A stretch of DNA of 64,000 nt from an uncultured Flammeovirgaceae bacterium (GCA_913052485.1 CAJXDN010000002.1:13608-77607); one strand, 5' to 3'. Positions 49,045 through 60,696 are shown, counted from the stretch's first letter. Notes: a model not told the origin generated them from the sequence alone. A program made the numbers and translations.

Positions 49045-50466
49045 TTAATCTTCCTCAGTAAAATCTAGAGTTTTACTCTGGTCATTTTCAGATGACTCGT
49101 TATCCAAATTAATATTTTTTCTTTTATATGCAGGAATTGCAAGTTTTTGTTCATGGGTATCCTGACTAAAACTTTTATTTTTATGACTATAAATCCTTTT
49201 ATTCCTTTTCTCTATATATTCATTCTTTTTGACCGAGGAGTCATCGTATTCAAATGGATCAGTAGAATCTAATTCTTCGATAACTACTTCATGACTTTTA
49301 TCATTGGTCTCTTCATTTTCATAGATTTGATCAATATTATCTTCATATTCCTTGTAGTCATCTTCAATATCATGCACAATCTCCTCCTTAGGTTCTTCAT
49401 CTCTTTGAATAAATTCAATATTATCATTAAATAAATTAGTTTGGTTCTCATTGCTTTCTAATTCATTATTCTTATTGATATTATAATGATCAACAACTGA
49501 ATCAAAGCCAGTTGCAATTATTGTTACTCTAACCATATCATCTAATTCTCCATCAATCGCTGTTCCGAAGATGATTTCAACGTCATCTGAAGATGATTCA
49601 TTTACTAATTTTGTAATTGTATTAAGCTCAATAGTAGTTAACTCATTATCTCCACCTCCTGAAACTATATTTAAAAGAATTTTTTTTGCGCCTTCTATAC
49701 TTCTATCATTTAACAGAGGAGAGTTTATTGCATTTTCAATAGCATTTTTTGCCCTATCTTCTCCAGATGATTCTGCAGAACCTAATACAGATGTACCTGC
49801 ATTTTTCATAACTGTCTTCACATCTTCAAAATCAACATTTATTTGCCCAGGCACAGTTACAATTTCTGCAATACATTTAGCACTTGTAGCTATAATATCA
49901 TCTGCTTTCTCGAAAGCTTTAGACTGGCTTAAATCTCCATAAATCTCTATCAGCCTCTGATTTAAAATTGTTATTACACTATCACAACCTTCTTTAAGTT
50001 GATCCACTCCTACTAGAGCTTTATCCATTTTAGATTTACCTTCAAACTCGAAAGGCAATGTAACAATCCCAACAGTTAAAATATTTAATTCTTTAGCAAT
50101 TTGAGCAATTACGGGAGCTGCACCTGTTCCCGTTCCTCCTCCCATTCCTGCTGTTATGAATAACATTTTTGTGCCATCATTTCTCAGCATCTCCCTGATT
50201 TCATGACTACTTTCAAGTGCCGCCTCTCTACCTTTATCGGGATTTGCCCCCGCTCCAAGTCCTTTTGTAAGCTCCATACCAATTTGAAGCTGATTTTTAA
50301 CATTGGAAGAGTGAAGTGCTTGGATATCAGTATTACAAATAATAAACTCAACATTTCTAATTCCTATTGAGTTCATATAATTTACTGCATTACTCCCACC
50401 TCCGCCAACACCGATTACCTTAATAATTGATTTATGATGAGCAGGTATATCAAATTCAAAACTCAT
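49045..50466 (-). CDS. ftsZ: Cell division protein FtsZ
   Basis: GVGGGGSNA, GAGANP, GMGGGTGTG, NVDFEDV, C-terminal PAYKRK. Confidence 0.98.
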   Translation of the reverse strand: MSFEFDIPAHHKSIIKVIGVGGGGSNAVNYMNSIGIRNVEFIICNTDIQALHSSNVKNQLQIGMELTKGLGAGANPDKGREAALESSHEIREMLRNDGTKMLFITAGMGGGTGTGAAPVIAQIAKELNILTVGIVTLPFEFEGKSKMDKALVGVDQLKEGCDSVITILNQRLIEIYGDLSQSKAFEKADDIIATSAKCIAEIVTVPGQINVDFEDVKTVMKNAGTSVLGSAESSGEDRAKNAIENAINSPLLNDRSIEGAKKILLNIVSGGGDNELTTIELNTITKLVNESSSDDVEIIFGTAIDGELDDMVRVTIIATGFDSVVDHYNINKNNELESNENQTNLFNDNIEFIQRDEEPKEEIVHDIEDDYKEYEDNIDQIYENEETNDKSHEVVIEELDSTDPFEYDDSSVKKNEYIEKRNKRIYSHKNKSFSQDTHEQKLAIPAYKRKNINLDNESSENDQSKTLDFTEED

Positions 50467-50468
50467 TT

Positions 50469-51779
50469 TTATAAATTTTCATCTTTAAACTCAGTAAGGT
50501 CATCATCTTTCAAAAAACCTTTTATCCTCTCTGTAACTAGTTTACCAAAGTTATTCACTTTTGGTAGCGGAGATCTTCCGAAAGAATATTTTTCATTTTT
50601 ATTAGATTCACTAAAGGAATTTATATAATCCCAAAGTAATAAACCTACCGATGTTGAGTATTTTGGAAACTCTAAATTTACTAAGTCGGATTTGGTTAAA
50701 TATGATGAGGGAAAACCTTTCCTTACATCTAACCCGGTTATATATTTTACTTGTTGCTTTAAATTTAAGAGTTGAGAACCTCCACCGGTTATGACTATTC
50801 CAGCAGATAATTTTTCACTCATGCCACTGTTTAAAATTTCTTGATGAACTTTTTCAAATATTTCCTCCATTCTTGCCTCAATAATTTTGTATAGATTGTC
50901 CAATAAAATTTTTTTATCTTCTCTCTGGCCCTCACCCTTAATCTTCACATATTCCTTTACAGGTCTTTTAACATATAAAGCCTTACCAAATTTTATTTTT
51001 AAAGCTTCTGCATGATGCCTTGGTAGACCTAGACCTTCTTTAATATCCTGAGTGACAATATCTCCTCCCAGTGGAATTACTGATGTATGTCTAATGATGT
51101 TATCGTGAAAAATTGATATGTCAGTTGTCCCACCACCAATATCTACCAAACATATTCCGTCCTCTTTATCGTTCTCATCAAGTAATGCCAAACTTGATGC
51201 AATAGGTTCTAAAATTAAATTTTTACATTTCACGTATGATCTTCTAATTGACTCCTCCATTATCTTGATATCTACTTTATTTGCACTTATGATATGAAAG
51301 TCTGCCTCTAATTTCTTTCCATATTCCCCAACTGGGTCTACTGATTCGTGATCTTCATCAATTGTAAACTTTTGGTGCATACTGTGAATAATTTTATGAT
51401 TTGTTGGTATTACAGCCATTTTTGACCTTTTTTCAAGTTTTCTGATATGGGAACTATTTATTTCTACAGGCTCATTCTCATTATTTTGTAGGCCAATGGA
51501 GTGGTGTGTGCTAAAACTTCTTATATGTTTACCAGCGATACCTACATTAACATATTCGATCGGAACATCTGCCATATCACTTGCTTTTTTTATTACCTCT
51601 TTAATTTTATTAGTTGCTTTAATTAGATTTTGAATCATTCCCTCTGATACACCCTCTGATTCTGTCTCTGAAAACCCAATAATTTTTAATTTATTATTAT
51701 CGTTTTTCTCAGCAATAATGGCACATATTTTTGATGTTCCAATATCCAAGGCTGTATAATATTTCTTCTCTCTTTTCAT
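50469..51779 (-). CDS. ftsA: Cell division protein FtsA
   Basis: LDIGTSK, EPIASS, DIGGGTTD, ITGGGS. Confidence 0.96.
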   Translation of the reverse strand: MKREKKYYTALDIGTSKICAIIAEKNDNNKLKIIGFSETESEGVSEGMIQNLIKATNKIKEVIKKASDMADVPIEYVNVGIAGKHIRSFSTHHSIGLQNNENEPVEINSSHIRKLEKRSKMAVIPTNHKIIHSMHQKFTIDEDHESVDPVGEYGKKLEADFHIISANKVDIKIMEESIRRSYVKCKNLILEPIASSLALLDENDKEDGICLVDIGGGTTDISIFHDNIIRHTSVIPLGGDIVTQDIKEGLGLPRHHAEALKIKFGKALYVKRPVKEYVKIKGEGQREDKKILLDNLYKIIEARMEEIFEKVHQEILNSGMSEKLSAGIVITGGGSQLLNLKQQVKYITGLDVRKGFPSSYLTKSDLVNLEFPKYSTSVGLLLWDYINSFSESNKNEKYSFGRSPLPKVNNFGKLVTERIKGFLKDDDLTEFKDENL

Positions 51780-51782
51780 TTA

Positions 51783-52508
51783 TTAGCTTTTATCGCAAAC
51801 TATTTGATTTTTAAATTTTACATTCACAGTACTATAAGTATTCCACCCTTTAGCTGGAATTATTTTTTTATAAAAAATATTAACTTTTTCAAATTTTTCC
51901 TCCAAATTATCAGGGTATCCAAAAATAATTTTTTGTTTTGAAAATTGAGGATGAATTATAATATTTTTATTTTGATTTATCTCTAATTCGGAAATTATTT
52001 TAGAAAAAAACTCGCTGTCATTAATATATTTTATCATGTCAACTAAATTTTTTCCAAAATCAGAGGATAAAATTGTTTTCTCATCAATAGACTTATCATT
52101 TAAACGAAGAAGAATAACTCTTTTAGAAAATTTTTGAGATGTTGGGAAAATATGACCTTCTTTATTTATATAATTTCCTTCTAACCTACCAGAAACAATT
52201 CTTGCAATAGGCTGGTACTGTTCTATTCCAATATTTAAGTTACCTAACAAGTCCTTATAGATAGTAACATCTTTCACATGAGAATTAGATAAAAACTTGG
52301 TTTCCAAATTATTATAATTAATTTTTAAAGAGTCTAATAAGGTTTCTTTAGATAAAAAATCCCTAACAGAACTCTTATCTAAAAAAGAACTATCAACCTC
52401 AATTATTAAATCTTTGTGAATAATGTTATCATTTTTTTTAAATACCATTATTAAAAAAAAAGTTAAAATCAAAATAGTAAATACGACAAATCCTTTTATC
52501 AAATTCAT
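51783..52508 (-). CDS. ftsQ: Cell division protein FtsQ/DivIB
   Basis: N-terminal TM, POTRA-like region, PIARI, C-terminal GWNTYSTVNVKFKNQIVC; precedes ftsA. Confidence 0.85.
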   Translation of the reverse strand: MNLIKGFVVFTILILTFFLIMVFKKNDNIIHKDLIIEVDSSFLDKSSVRDFLSKETLLDSLKINYNNLETKFLSNSHVKDVTIYKDLLGNLNIGIEQYQPIARIVSGRLEGNYINKEGHIFPTSQKFSKRVILLRLNDKSIDEKTILSSDFGKNLVDMIKYINDSEFFSKIISELEINQNKNIIIHPQFSKQKIIFGYPDNLEEKFEKVNIFYKKIIPAKGWNTYSTVNVKFKNQIVCDKS

Positions 52509-53629
52509 GAAATTATTTCAAATATTTTTTTTACAATTTTTTCTGAGGCATTAGGAGAAGACATCTTACCCAATTCAGTTTTCATACTCTCCATCTGAGA
52601 TTTATTTTCAAATAGGTCAAAAGCTATTTTTATCATATTTTTTTCAACATCGGAATCTTTAATCAGTATGCATCCGCCCTTCTCTAATATAGCATTAGCA
52701 TTTTTTGTTTGATGATCATCTACAACATTTGGGGATGGAATTAAAATTAAAGGCTTAGAGACTACACATAACTCAGAAATAGCAATTGCACCTGCTCTTG
52801 AGATTATAATGTCTGTTGCATTGTAAGCTAGATCCATTCTATCTATGAAATCCTTAATTATCAAATTTTCATTATCAAATTTTTTCAATTTAATTTCATC
52901 GTAATAAAGTTTTCCCGTTTGCCATATTAATTGATATGAAGACTCTTTTATCAAAGAAATATTATTTAAAATACCCTCATTAATACTTTTAGCTCCTAAA
53001 CTTCCACCAAGAACCAAAATTGTTTTTTTAGATTTATCTAATCCAAAATATTTATAAGGATCCTGATCAGAATCGCTATTCAAATCTCTGATAGGGTTTC
53101 CATAATTAAAAACTTTATTATGGATGAAAAGCTTAGTAATATTATCATATGCCGAAAAAATATATTTTACCTTTTTTGATAAAATTTTATTTGTTAATCC
53201 AGGGTATGAGTTTTGTTCTTGAATAGCTGTCTTAAAATTGAAAAAAGATGATACTAATAAAAAAGGCCCAGAAGAGTAACCACCAAAACCAATAACAAAG
53301 TCAGGTCTAAAAGTGGCAAGAATATATATTGACTTTATAACCGAAAAAAATATTTTGAGCGGCAGAGATAAATTTTTTAAGAGAAACGGTAGTCCTAAAA
53401 AAATAATATTTAGAATAAAAGGTGATCTTTTGACACCTGAAATCCATAAACCGTAAATAGGAAAGTTATACTTTGGGACTATGTCCATTTCCATTCTATC
53501 ACTTGAACCTACAAACAATACCTTATTATTTTTATCTAATTTCCTAAACTCTTCTGCAATTGCCAACATTGGAAAGATGTGACCTCCAGTCCCTCCTCCA
53601 CATAAAATTATTTTTTTTGAATTATGCAT
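52505..53629 (-). CDS. murG: Undecaprenyl-PP-MurNAc-pentapeptide GlcNAc transferase
   Basis: GGGTGGHIFP, GGYSS, QEQN, GNPIR, GGSLGA, RAGA, HQTKNA. Confidence 0.97.
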   Translation of the reverse strand: MHNSKKIILCGGGTGGHIFPMLAIAEEFRKLDKNNKVLFVGSSDRMEMDIVPKYNFPIYGLWISGVKRSPFILNIIFLGLPFLLKNLSLPLKIFFSVIKSIYILATFRPDFVIGFGGYSSGPFLLVSSFFNFKTAIQEQNSYPGLTNKILSKKVKYIFSAYDNITKLFIHNKVFNYGNPIRDLNSDSDQDPYKYFGLDKSKKTILVLGGSLGAKSINEGILNNISLIKESSYQLIWQTGKLYYDEIKLKKFDNENLIIKDFIDRMDLAYNATDIIISRAGAIAISELCVVSKPLILIPSPNVVDDHQTKNANAILEKGGCILIKDSDVEKNMIKIAFDLFENKSQMESMKTELGKMSSPNASEKIVKKIFEIIS

Positions 53630-54737
53630 ACTTTAGCCCACTTTTATTTTCTCTACTAATACTCAGTATAATACCTAAAGTAATTCCTGTAAAAAGCTGA
53701 GATGTACCACCCATACTAACAAGAGGTAATGTCACACCAGTTACAGGTAGCAAACCAACCACTACACACATATTTATTATAGCTTGAATCACAAGAGCAA
53801 AACTCAATCCGGCACTTAAAAGACCCCCAAATGGTCTATCAGATTTAATAAATATTTTCAATCCCCTGTATAGAAGAATCAAATATAAAATAAGAATTGT
53901 GACCCCCATTATTAATCCATACTCCTCAATTATAATAGCATAAATAAAATCAGAGGATGATTGAGGAAGAAAGTTTTTCTGATTACTGTTACCTGGACCT
54001 TTACCAAACAGCCCACCTGTAGAAACTGCTATGTATGCCTGTTCTAGTTGATAAGGTATATTTTTTTTATTAATGAAGTCCTCAACCCTACTGATAGCGG
54101 TATAACCTCTTTGGCCTGTCAATAAAGCTAGCCCACCACTCATTAAAATAAATAAAATTAAAATAGATAAATGTGATATTTTAACTCTTGAAATAAACAT
54201 CAATAGTATAGAAGTTGCACCTAATATGAGAGCAGTAGATAAATTAGTTAATGCAATGAACATACATATTAAACCTATCCAAATAAATGGCATTATTAAT
54301 GTTTTCATACTCCCTAGGTCATACTGTTTCTTAGACAGAAAACTTGATAAATAAATAATTAGGGATAATTTCGCAAGATCTGATGGCTGAAATGCCATAT
54401 TTATTATTGGAATACTTATCCATCTAGAAGCCTCATTTATATTTACTCCAAACTTATATGTTAGAAATAGTAGAGGTAGAGAAATATATAGACTAATAAG
54501 AGAAATTTTAGAATAATATTTATAATCAATTTTATGAGCAAACCACATTGCGATAAAACTGAAAGAAATTAACAGAAAGTGTTTAAGTAAAAAAAATTCA
54601 GTATTTCCTCCTTTCTGCTGGAAGGCAAGTAAACTCGTTGCACTATAGACCGATAATAAACCTATAACTGATAAAACAATGGCAATTACCCAAATATATT
54701 TATCTCCTTGAATGTTTGTTTTTATCCAATTTATCAT
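53622..54737 (-). CDS. ftsW: SEDS peptidoglycan polymerase FtsW
   Basis: RW, FQPSD, SDFIYAIIIEEYG, PVTGVTLPLVSMGGTS. Confidence 0.95.
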   Translation of the reverse strand: MINWIKTNIQGDKYIWVIAIVLSVIGLLSVYSATSLLAFQQKGGNTEFFLLKHFLLISFSFIAMWFAHKIDYKYYSKISLISLYISLPLLFLTYKFGVNINEASRWISIPIINMAFQPSDLAKLSLIIYLSSFLSKKQYDLGSMKTLIMPFIWIGLICMFIALTNLSTALILGATSILLMFISRVKISHLSILILFILMSGGLALLTGQRGYTAISRVEDFINKKNIPYQLEQAYIAVSTGGLFGKGPGNSNQKNFLPQSSSDFIYAIIIEEYGLIMGVTILILYLILLYRGLKIFIKSDRPFGGLLSAGLSFALVIQAIINMCVVVGLLPVTGVTLPLVSMGGTSQLFTGITLGIILSISRENKSGLKYA

Positions 54738-54740
54738 AAT

Positions 54741-55949
54741 TTATCTCAATTTTAAAGTAGCTAATGTCATAATTGCTAGTAGAATAGAAATCATCCAAAA
54801 TCGTGCAACAATTTTGGTTTCATGAATTCCTTTTTTTTGATAATGATGATGCAGAGGAGCCATCAGGAAAATTCTTCGACCCTCACCATATTTATTCCTA
54901 GTGTACTTAAAATATAAAACCTGTAGTATAACTGACAAGTTTTCAATTAAGAAAACCCCACAGAGAAGGGGAATCAATAATTCCTTTTTTACAATTATTG
55001 CAAGGACAGCTATTACAGCACCAATAGATAAACTTCCAGTATCTCCCATAAATACTTGGGCAGGGTATGAATTATACCAAATGAATCCAATACATGCTCC
55101 AACAAATGAAAAAGAAAAAATTACTAATTCACCAATATCAGGTATATAAAGAATGTTTAAGTAATCTGAAAAAATAATATTTCCCGATAAATAAATAAAA
55201 ATTGAAAGTGTTATACCTACTATAGCAGATGTACCAGCAGCTAGACCATCTAAGCCATCGGTTATATTAGCCCCATTAGAAACAGCAGTAATTATAAAAA
55301 TTATAACTAAACAATATATTAACCAGGTATAATCTTCAAAGTTATCGGGTAATAACCAATTATAATTAAATTCATTATCCTTAATAAATGGTATAGTAGT
55401 AATCAGATCCTTTGTGTCAAAATATTCAACTCCATTTTTAAGTGATTCAGAAGTTATTCCATCAGAAAAGTTTCTTACAACAACGGATTCATTAGTTATA
55501 ATTATATATGAGACAATAATACCTATAACTATTTGACCAGTGACCTTAAACTTACCTTTCAATCCATCCTTATTTTTATTTTTGATTTTTAGGTAATCAT
55601 CTATAAAACCAATTAAACCAGCTAGAATTGTAACTATTATCATTATCAAAATGTAAATATTACTTAAATCAGCAAAAAGAATAGTTGGAATAAGAATAGA
55701 TATTAGAATTATAAGCCCCCCCATAGTTGGAGTCCCACTCTTTTCATTCTGTCCAATTAAATCTAAATCTCTAATGTTTTCAGATAGTTGGAATTTGGTT
55801 AATGTTGCAATTATTTTCTTCCCAAATAATATACTGATTACTAATGAAAATATAGCTGCCATTCCTGCTCTGAATGATAAGTACTGGAAAACACCAGATC
55901 CTACCAAATCATAATTATTACTCAGATATTCAAATAGATTATATAGCAT
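54741..55949 (-). CDS. mraY: Phospho-N-acetylmuramoyl-pentapeptide transferase
   Basis: [33 protein letters not shown]. Confidence 0.97.
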   Translation of the reverse strand: MLYNLFEYLSNNYDLVGSGVFQYLSFRAGMAAIFSLVISILFGKKIIATLTKFQLSENIRDLDLIGQNEKSGTPTMGGLIILISILIPTILFADLSNIYILIMIIVTILAGLIGFIDDYLKIKNKNKDGLKGKFKVTGQIVIGIIVSYIIITNESVVVRNFSDGITSESLKNGVEYFDTKDLITTIPFIKDNEFNYNWLLPDNFEDYTWLIYCLVIIFIITAVSNGANITDGLDGLAAGTSAIVGITLSIFIYLSGNIIFSDYLNILYIPDIGELVIFSFSFVGACIGFIWYNSYPAQVFMGDTGSLSIGAVIAVLAIIVKKELLIPLLCGVFLIENLSVILQVLYFKYTRNKYGEGRRIFLMAPLHHHYQKKGIHETKIVARFWMISILLAIMTLATLKLR

Positions 55950-55953
55950 AACT

Positions 55954-57393
55954 CTATAATATTATTTTTTTAATAGTTTCTTTATCATCATGGGGAATCG
56001 AATTATTTCCAATTATTTGATACTTTTCATGCCCTTTGCCAGCAACGAGAATAATTGAGTTTTTATCAAATCTCTTAAATGCCAGTTTGATAGCTTTCTT
56101 TCTATCAGTTTCTATTTCAAAATTTGTTCTAGTAGCACCTTTTATAATATCTTTAATTATATCATTTTCATTTTCATTTCTTGGATTATCAGATGTAAAA
56201 AAAACAAAATCACTATATTCTAATGCTATATTACCCATTTTTGGTCTTTTAGATTTATCCCTATCGCCTCCTGCCCCTACTACAGTTATCAGTTTTTTAT
56301 CTCTCTTAAATTTTAAAATATTAAGTAAAATGTTTTCTAATGCATCAGGTGTATGAGCGTAATCTACAATACCTATTTTATTATTTTTACCAACCAAAAA
56401 CTCAAATCGACCACTAGGAGTATTAAGTTCTGATATTTTTTCTAAAATTTTATTTTTATCAAATTTTAAAATACTTGCGAGAGAATAAACAGCTAAGATA
56501 TTATATGCATTGAAATCTCCAATTATTCTCAATGAAACGTCAACCTTATCAAATCTTAATTTAAGTCCTTCTGCCGTACTCTCAAGAATTTTTGTATTAT
56601 AATCTCCCAAATTTTTTAAACCATAGGTAAATACATTTGAATTTGTGTTCTGTACTAGGTATCTACTTCTCTTATCATCTAGGTTTACAATAGAATATGA
56701 ACTATTACCTAACTCATCAAATAATATTTTTTTTTCATCAATATAATTTTGAAATGTCTTATGATAATCCAGATGGTCATGAGATAAATTTGAAAAAATA
56801 GCTGCAAAAATATTTTTACCCACTATTCTTTTTTGATGTATTGCATGGGAGCTAGCTTCCATAAAACAATATTCACAATTACTTAAAACCATCTCATTTA
56901 ATATCTTTTGAAATTCAATTGGATTAGGAGTTGTTAGTTTAGCTTTTAAAAGTTTATTATTAATCCTATTTTCTATAGTTGAAATCATCCCAACCTTTTT
57001 ATTAAATGACTTAAAAAATTGAAATAAAAAATAAACTATTGAAGTTTTTCCGTTGGTCCCGGTAACAGCTACTATTTTAATTTTGCTTTCAGGGTTTCCA
57101 TAAAAATTTGAAGAAATGCTATATACACTGTCTCTTATATCTTCAACTAAAATATAAGTAATCTTTTCATGAAGACTTTTAGGTAATTTTGTACAAATTA
57201 TAGTATTCGAGCCTTTTTTAATTGCTTTGTCTATGAAATCATGACCATCAAATTTATTCCCGTAAATAGCAAAAAATAAAAAGTCATTTTTAACGTCTTT
57301 AGAGTTATCTGTTATACCACTAACTAATTTATCTGTATCACCCTCAATTAATTTAATTTTTATTCCATCTAAAAGATCCCTCAACTTTTTCAT
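55954..57393 (-). CDS. murE: UDP-MurNAc-L-Ala-D-Glu--meso-DAP ligase
   Basis: [29 protein letters not shown]-type DNPR, AGKGHE. Confidence 0.96.
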   Translation of the reverse strand: MKKLRDLLDGIKIKLIEGDTDKLVSGITDNSKDVKNDFLFFAIYGNKFDGHDFIDKAIKKGSNTIICTKLPKSLHEKITYILVEDIRDSVYSISSNFYGNPESKIKIVAVTGTNGKTSIVYFLFQFFKSFNKKVGMISTIENRINNKLLKAKLTTPNPIEFQKILNEMVLSNCEYCFMEASSHAIHQKRIVGKNIFAAIFSNLSHDHLDYHKTFQNYIDEKKILFDELGNSSYSIVNLDDKRSRYLVQNTNSNVFTYGLKNLGDYNTKILESTAEGLKLRFDKVDVSLRIIGDFNAYNILAVYSLASILKFDKNKILEKISELNTPSGRFEFLVGKNNKIGIVDYAHTPDALENILLNILKFKRDKKLITVVGAGGDRDKSKRPKMGNIALEYSDFVFFTSDNPRNENENDIIKDIIKGATRTNFEIETDRKKAIKLAFKRFDKNSIILVAGKGHEKYQIIGNNSIPHDDKETIKKIIL

Positions 57394-59474
57394 CCTAACT
57401 TAATATTTATAGTGTCAAAGTTTTTTGATAATTTTCCCGGAGAAATATTTTGATATTTTACTCTCCCTTTTCCTTTGAAAGATACTTTTAAACCTCTTGA
57501 TTCTAACAAGTAAATAGCATCTTTTAGAGTCATACCTACAACATTTGGAATGTATCTTTCATTAGAATTGATTTTTTCCCAATATATTGAGTTATCAACT
57601 AATTTAGTTTTTACCCACTTACTTTCATCTACTGAATGGTTAGATAATGCCATATTATTTGATAGATAAATAAGATCTTCCCTGTATCCTGATCTAATTT
57701 GTGGAAATGAAAATTTAATTTCATCTTCTTTTATCTCTGTAAAATATTTATCATCAGAAATAAATATTTTATCAGCAATTTCCTTAAAAACTGGAGCAGC
57801 TACATCACTTCCATATATCCTATATTTTTTTGGATTGTCAATCACAACTATACAACTATACTTGGGATCTCCAGAAGGAAAAAAACCTGCAAAAGATGTA
57901 TAGTACCTATTAACATATCGTCCATTTAAAACTTTTTTTGCAGTACCTGTTTTACCAGCTATTTTGTAGTTACTATGTTTAATATTATCAGCAGTTCCAT
58001 TTTCGACTACACCCTCTAATAAAACTTTCATAGTATTAACTGAATTTTTAGTTGCTATTTTTTCTGGGTACGGTACATCAAACTTTTGAATTATATCATT
58101 TGCATGTTTTACATTTTTTACAATCCGAGGCTGAACATAATACCCATTATTAGCAATAGCATTATAAAAAGATAAAGTATGAAGTGGGGTGAGCATAAGT
58201 TCATAACCATGGGCAATCCAAGGTAAAGAAACTTTACTCCAAGTAGAGTCTGCAAAATTTTTAATTTGTGGTTTCGAAGAACCAAAAATTTGAAAATTAA
58301 ATTCATGACTAAATCCGAATTTCTTTAAATAACTCAAAAATTTTTGAGGTTTATCCTTGAAGGTGTCATCTATTAACATCGCAACTCCAATATTTGAACT
58401 TTTTTCAAAAACTTCTTTGATTGAGATCTTACCGTAACCTCCTGGCTTATGGTCCTTCATAGTCTCAGTATAAAATCTAAACTCTCCATCGCCAGTATCA
58501 ATACTATCAAGTACTGACCTATTAGTTTCTTCAATATATGCCAACATACTAGCTAACTTGAATGTTGATCCAGGCTCATGCATACCCTGAATTGCATAAT
58601 TATAATTCTCTGTATAATAACCTGATTTATTTTTACTAAAATTAGAAATAGCTTTAATTTCACCTGTCTCTACCTCCATTAATACAACAGACCCGTAATC
58701 AGCATTATTTAATTCTAAACCCTTTAAAAGAGCTGATTCGGCTATATCCTGTAAATTCACATTTATAGTTGTTACAATATCATATCCATTTTTTGGCTGA
58801 ATTTCAGAACCATCATATATTGGCATCCAATTATTTCCTGCTAATTTTCTTGTCAAAATTTTTCCATCTTTACCATCTAAGTAAGAATTAAAACTATATT
58901 CTAAGCCAACTGTTCCCCTATTATTTTCGTCAACAGAGCCAATTGTCCTATATCCTAATTTTGAGAAAGGTCTAAATCTTTCGTCTTTCTTTTCAAAAAG
59001 GATACCCCCATTTAATCTGCCTTCTCTAAATATTGGCCATGATGATAATTTCTTTTTTTCTTGATAATCAATTTTTTTTCTATTTAAAAGAAGGTATCTT
59101 TTTTTATTGTCTCGGGCTGACAGAATATTATTTTTATATTCAGCTTTCGATTTATCCTTAAAGTAGGATGATAATAATAGAGCTAATGAATCTATATTTT
59201 CTTCAATTAATTTACTGGAGGCAATGGAAGGGTCAATTGCCACCTTGTAGAAAGGTAATGATGTTGCTAAAATACTTCCATCATCAGCTAAAATATTACC
59301 CCTACTAGCTTTGATATTATCAAACTTAAAGTTGATATTTTCTGATTTTGAATTCCAATGATCCCCCTGCCTAAACTGAAGATCAAAAATACTATAAACT
59401 ATAGCTAGACTAATAATAACTAAAAAAGCAAATGAAATTTTAACTCTAAATAATATTTCCTTTTTAATGTTCAT
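57390..59474 (-). CDS. ftsI: Penicillin-binding protein FtsI with C-terminal PASTA domain
   Basis: RGNI, GLE, STFK, SSN and KTGT motifs; PNVVGM PASTA. Confidence 0.93.
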   Translation of the reverse strand: MNIKKEILFRVKISFAFLVIISLAIVYSIFDLQFRQGDHWNSKSENINFKFDNIKASRGNILADDGSILATSLPFYKVAIDPSIASSKLIEENIDSLALLLSSYFKDKSKAEYKNNILSARDNKKRYLLLNRKKIDYQEKKKLSSWPIFREGRLNGGILFEKKDERFRPFSKLGYRTIGSVDENNRGTVGLEYSFNSYLDGKDGKILTRKLAGNNWMPIYDGSEIQPKNGYDIVTTINVNLQDIAESALLKGLELNNADYGSVVLMEVETGEIKAISNFSKNKSGYYTENYNYAIQGMHEPGSTFKLASMLAYIEETNRSVLDSIDTGDGEFRFYTETMKDHKPGGYGKISIKEVFEKSSNIGVAMLIDDTFKDKPQKFLSYLKKFGFSHEFNFQIFGSSKPQIKNFADSTWSKVSLPWIAHGYELMLTPLHTLSFYNAIANNGYYVQPRIVKNVKHANDIIQKFDVPYPEKIATKNSVNTMKVLLEGVVENGTADNIKHSNYKIAGKTGTAKKVLNGRYVNRYYTSFAGFFPSGDPKYSCIVVIDNPKKYRIYGSDVAAPVFKEIADKIFISDDKYFTEIKEDEIKFSFPQIRSGYREDLIYLSNNMALSNHSVDESKWVKTKLVDNSIYWEKINSNERYIPNVVGMTLKDAIYLLESRGLKVSFKGKGRVKYQNISPGKLSKNFDTINIKLG

Positions 59475-59791
59475 TTTTCAACTGTGATTTTTTCTGGTGG
59501 TAATTTTGAACTCTGCAATTTTAAATTTTTAACTCTTTTTAAAATTTCGGTTTCTTTTCTTGAAAACATATAATTATTGTTAAGAGTTATATAATCCGTT
59601 CTTAATTCTTCAACTAATTTTTCCAGTATGCTAATCTCTCGAATTTTTTTTTCAACAGAATGTTGATTACTTATATATATTATCAAAAAAAATAATAAGT
59701 ATAAGACTTTAAATAAATCAAAATTAAATGCTTGTGGCAATCTATCTCTTATAGAGGAAAATATGTTATCTATTTTATCATCTATTTTCAT
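59471..59791 (-). CDS. ftsL: FtsL-like cell division protein
   Basis: Single TM (YISNQH) plus coiled coil, between rsmH and ftsI. Confidence 0.8.
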   Translation of the reverse strand: MKIDDKIDNIFSSIRDRLPQAFNFDLFKVLYLLFFLIIYISNQHSVEKKIREISILEKLVEELRTDYITLNNNYMFSRKETEILKRVKNLKLQSSKLPPEKITVEK

Positions 59792-60690
59792 ATTCTTTCT
59801 CCAATTCTAAGTTTAGCACTTCTTGATCTTGAATTAAAAGCTATCTCCTCTATTGGTGGTACAATAGGTTTTTTATTTATTCTCTTAAAGAATTCTATTT
59901 TTTTCCCATATAGATCTTTTTTAAAATCAGAATTAAAACTTGATTTATTTATAAAGTTTTTAACTAACCTATCCTCAATAGAGTGGTAAGAAATTATTAC
60001 CAATCTTCCAGATTTTTTTAAAAAGTCTACAGATTTTTTTAACATTTCTCTTAAGGATGAAATTTCATCATTGACTTCAATCCTTATCGCCTGGTAAAGT
60101 TTTGAAAGAAACTTATAACTCAATTTTTTTTTTGAGATGTTCTTTATCGCCATCAATAGATCTTCATTGTTTATTATTCTTTTTTTATTTCTGTAGGAAA
60201 TAATTTCTTGAGCTATAATCTTTGAGTTTTTTATATCTCCATAATTAAACAAAATATTTTGTAAGCTGTCTTGATCGTAAGTATTTAAAACTTCCTCAGC
60301 AGATAACTCACTATCTGTCGACATTCTCATGTCAAGAACACCATTACCCAGATATGAAAATCCTCTTTTTTTATTATCAATTTGGTGTGAAGATACACCC
60401 AGATCAGCTAATATACCGTCAACCTTTTCTATACCTCTATCCCTAATATGTAGATCAAAGAATTTAAAATCACTCTTAATCAATTGAAAATTAACATTCT
60501 TAAATTTATTTTCTTTTATAGCTGAATCATCTTTGTCAAATGAGAATAATTTACCTTTCACATTTAATTTATCTAATATTAGACTTGAATGCCCTCCCCC
60601 TCCAAAAGTTAAATCAACATATGTTCCCTCTGGTTTGATACTTAATCCATTTACTGATTCATTAAGTAATACAGGAACATGATATTTCAT
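59788..60690 (-). CDS. rsmH: 16S rRNA m4C1402 methyltransferase
   Basis: YHVPVL, TFGGGGH, DLGVSS, LDMRM, SYHSIEDR, RSRSAKLR. Confidence 0.97.
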   Translation of the reverse strand: MKYHVPVLLNESVNGLSIKPEGTYVDLTFGGGGHSSLILDKLNVKGKLFSFDKDDSAIKENKFKNVNFQLIKSDFKFFDLHIRDRGIEKVDGILADLGVSSHQIDNKKRGFSYLGNGVLDMRMSTDSELSAEEVLNTYDQDSLQNILFNYGDIKNSKIIAQEIISYRNKKRIINNEDLLMAIKNISKKKLSYKFLSKLYQAIRIEVNDEISSLREMLKKSVDFLKKSGRLVIISYHSIEDRLVKNFINKSSFNSDFKKDLYGKKIEFFKRINKKPIVPPIEEIAFNSRSRSAKLRIGERI

Positions 60691-60696
60691 AATTTT

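Noticed and set aside
54741-57393. murF and ddl absent from the dcw cluster
   Set aside because: They are normally located outside this cluster in Bacteroidota.
725-59989. Many 60-190 aa opposite-strand or nested ORFs in the ORF track (e.g. 923-1402, 9110-9571, 35744-36304, 39987-40496)
   Set aside because: They lie within well-supported genes and have the Ser/Leu/Ile/Phe-rich composition expected of antisense shadows.
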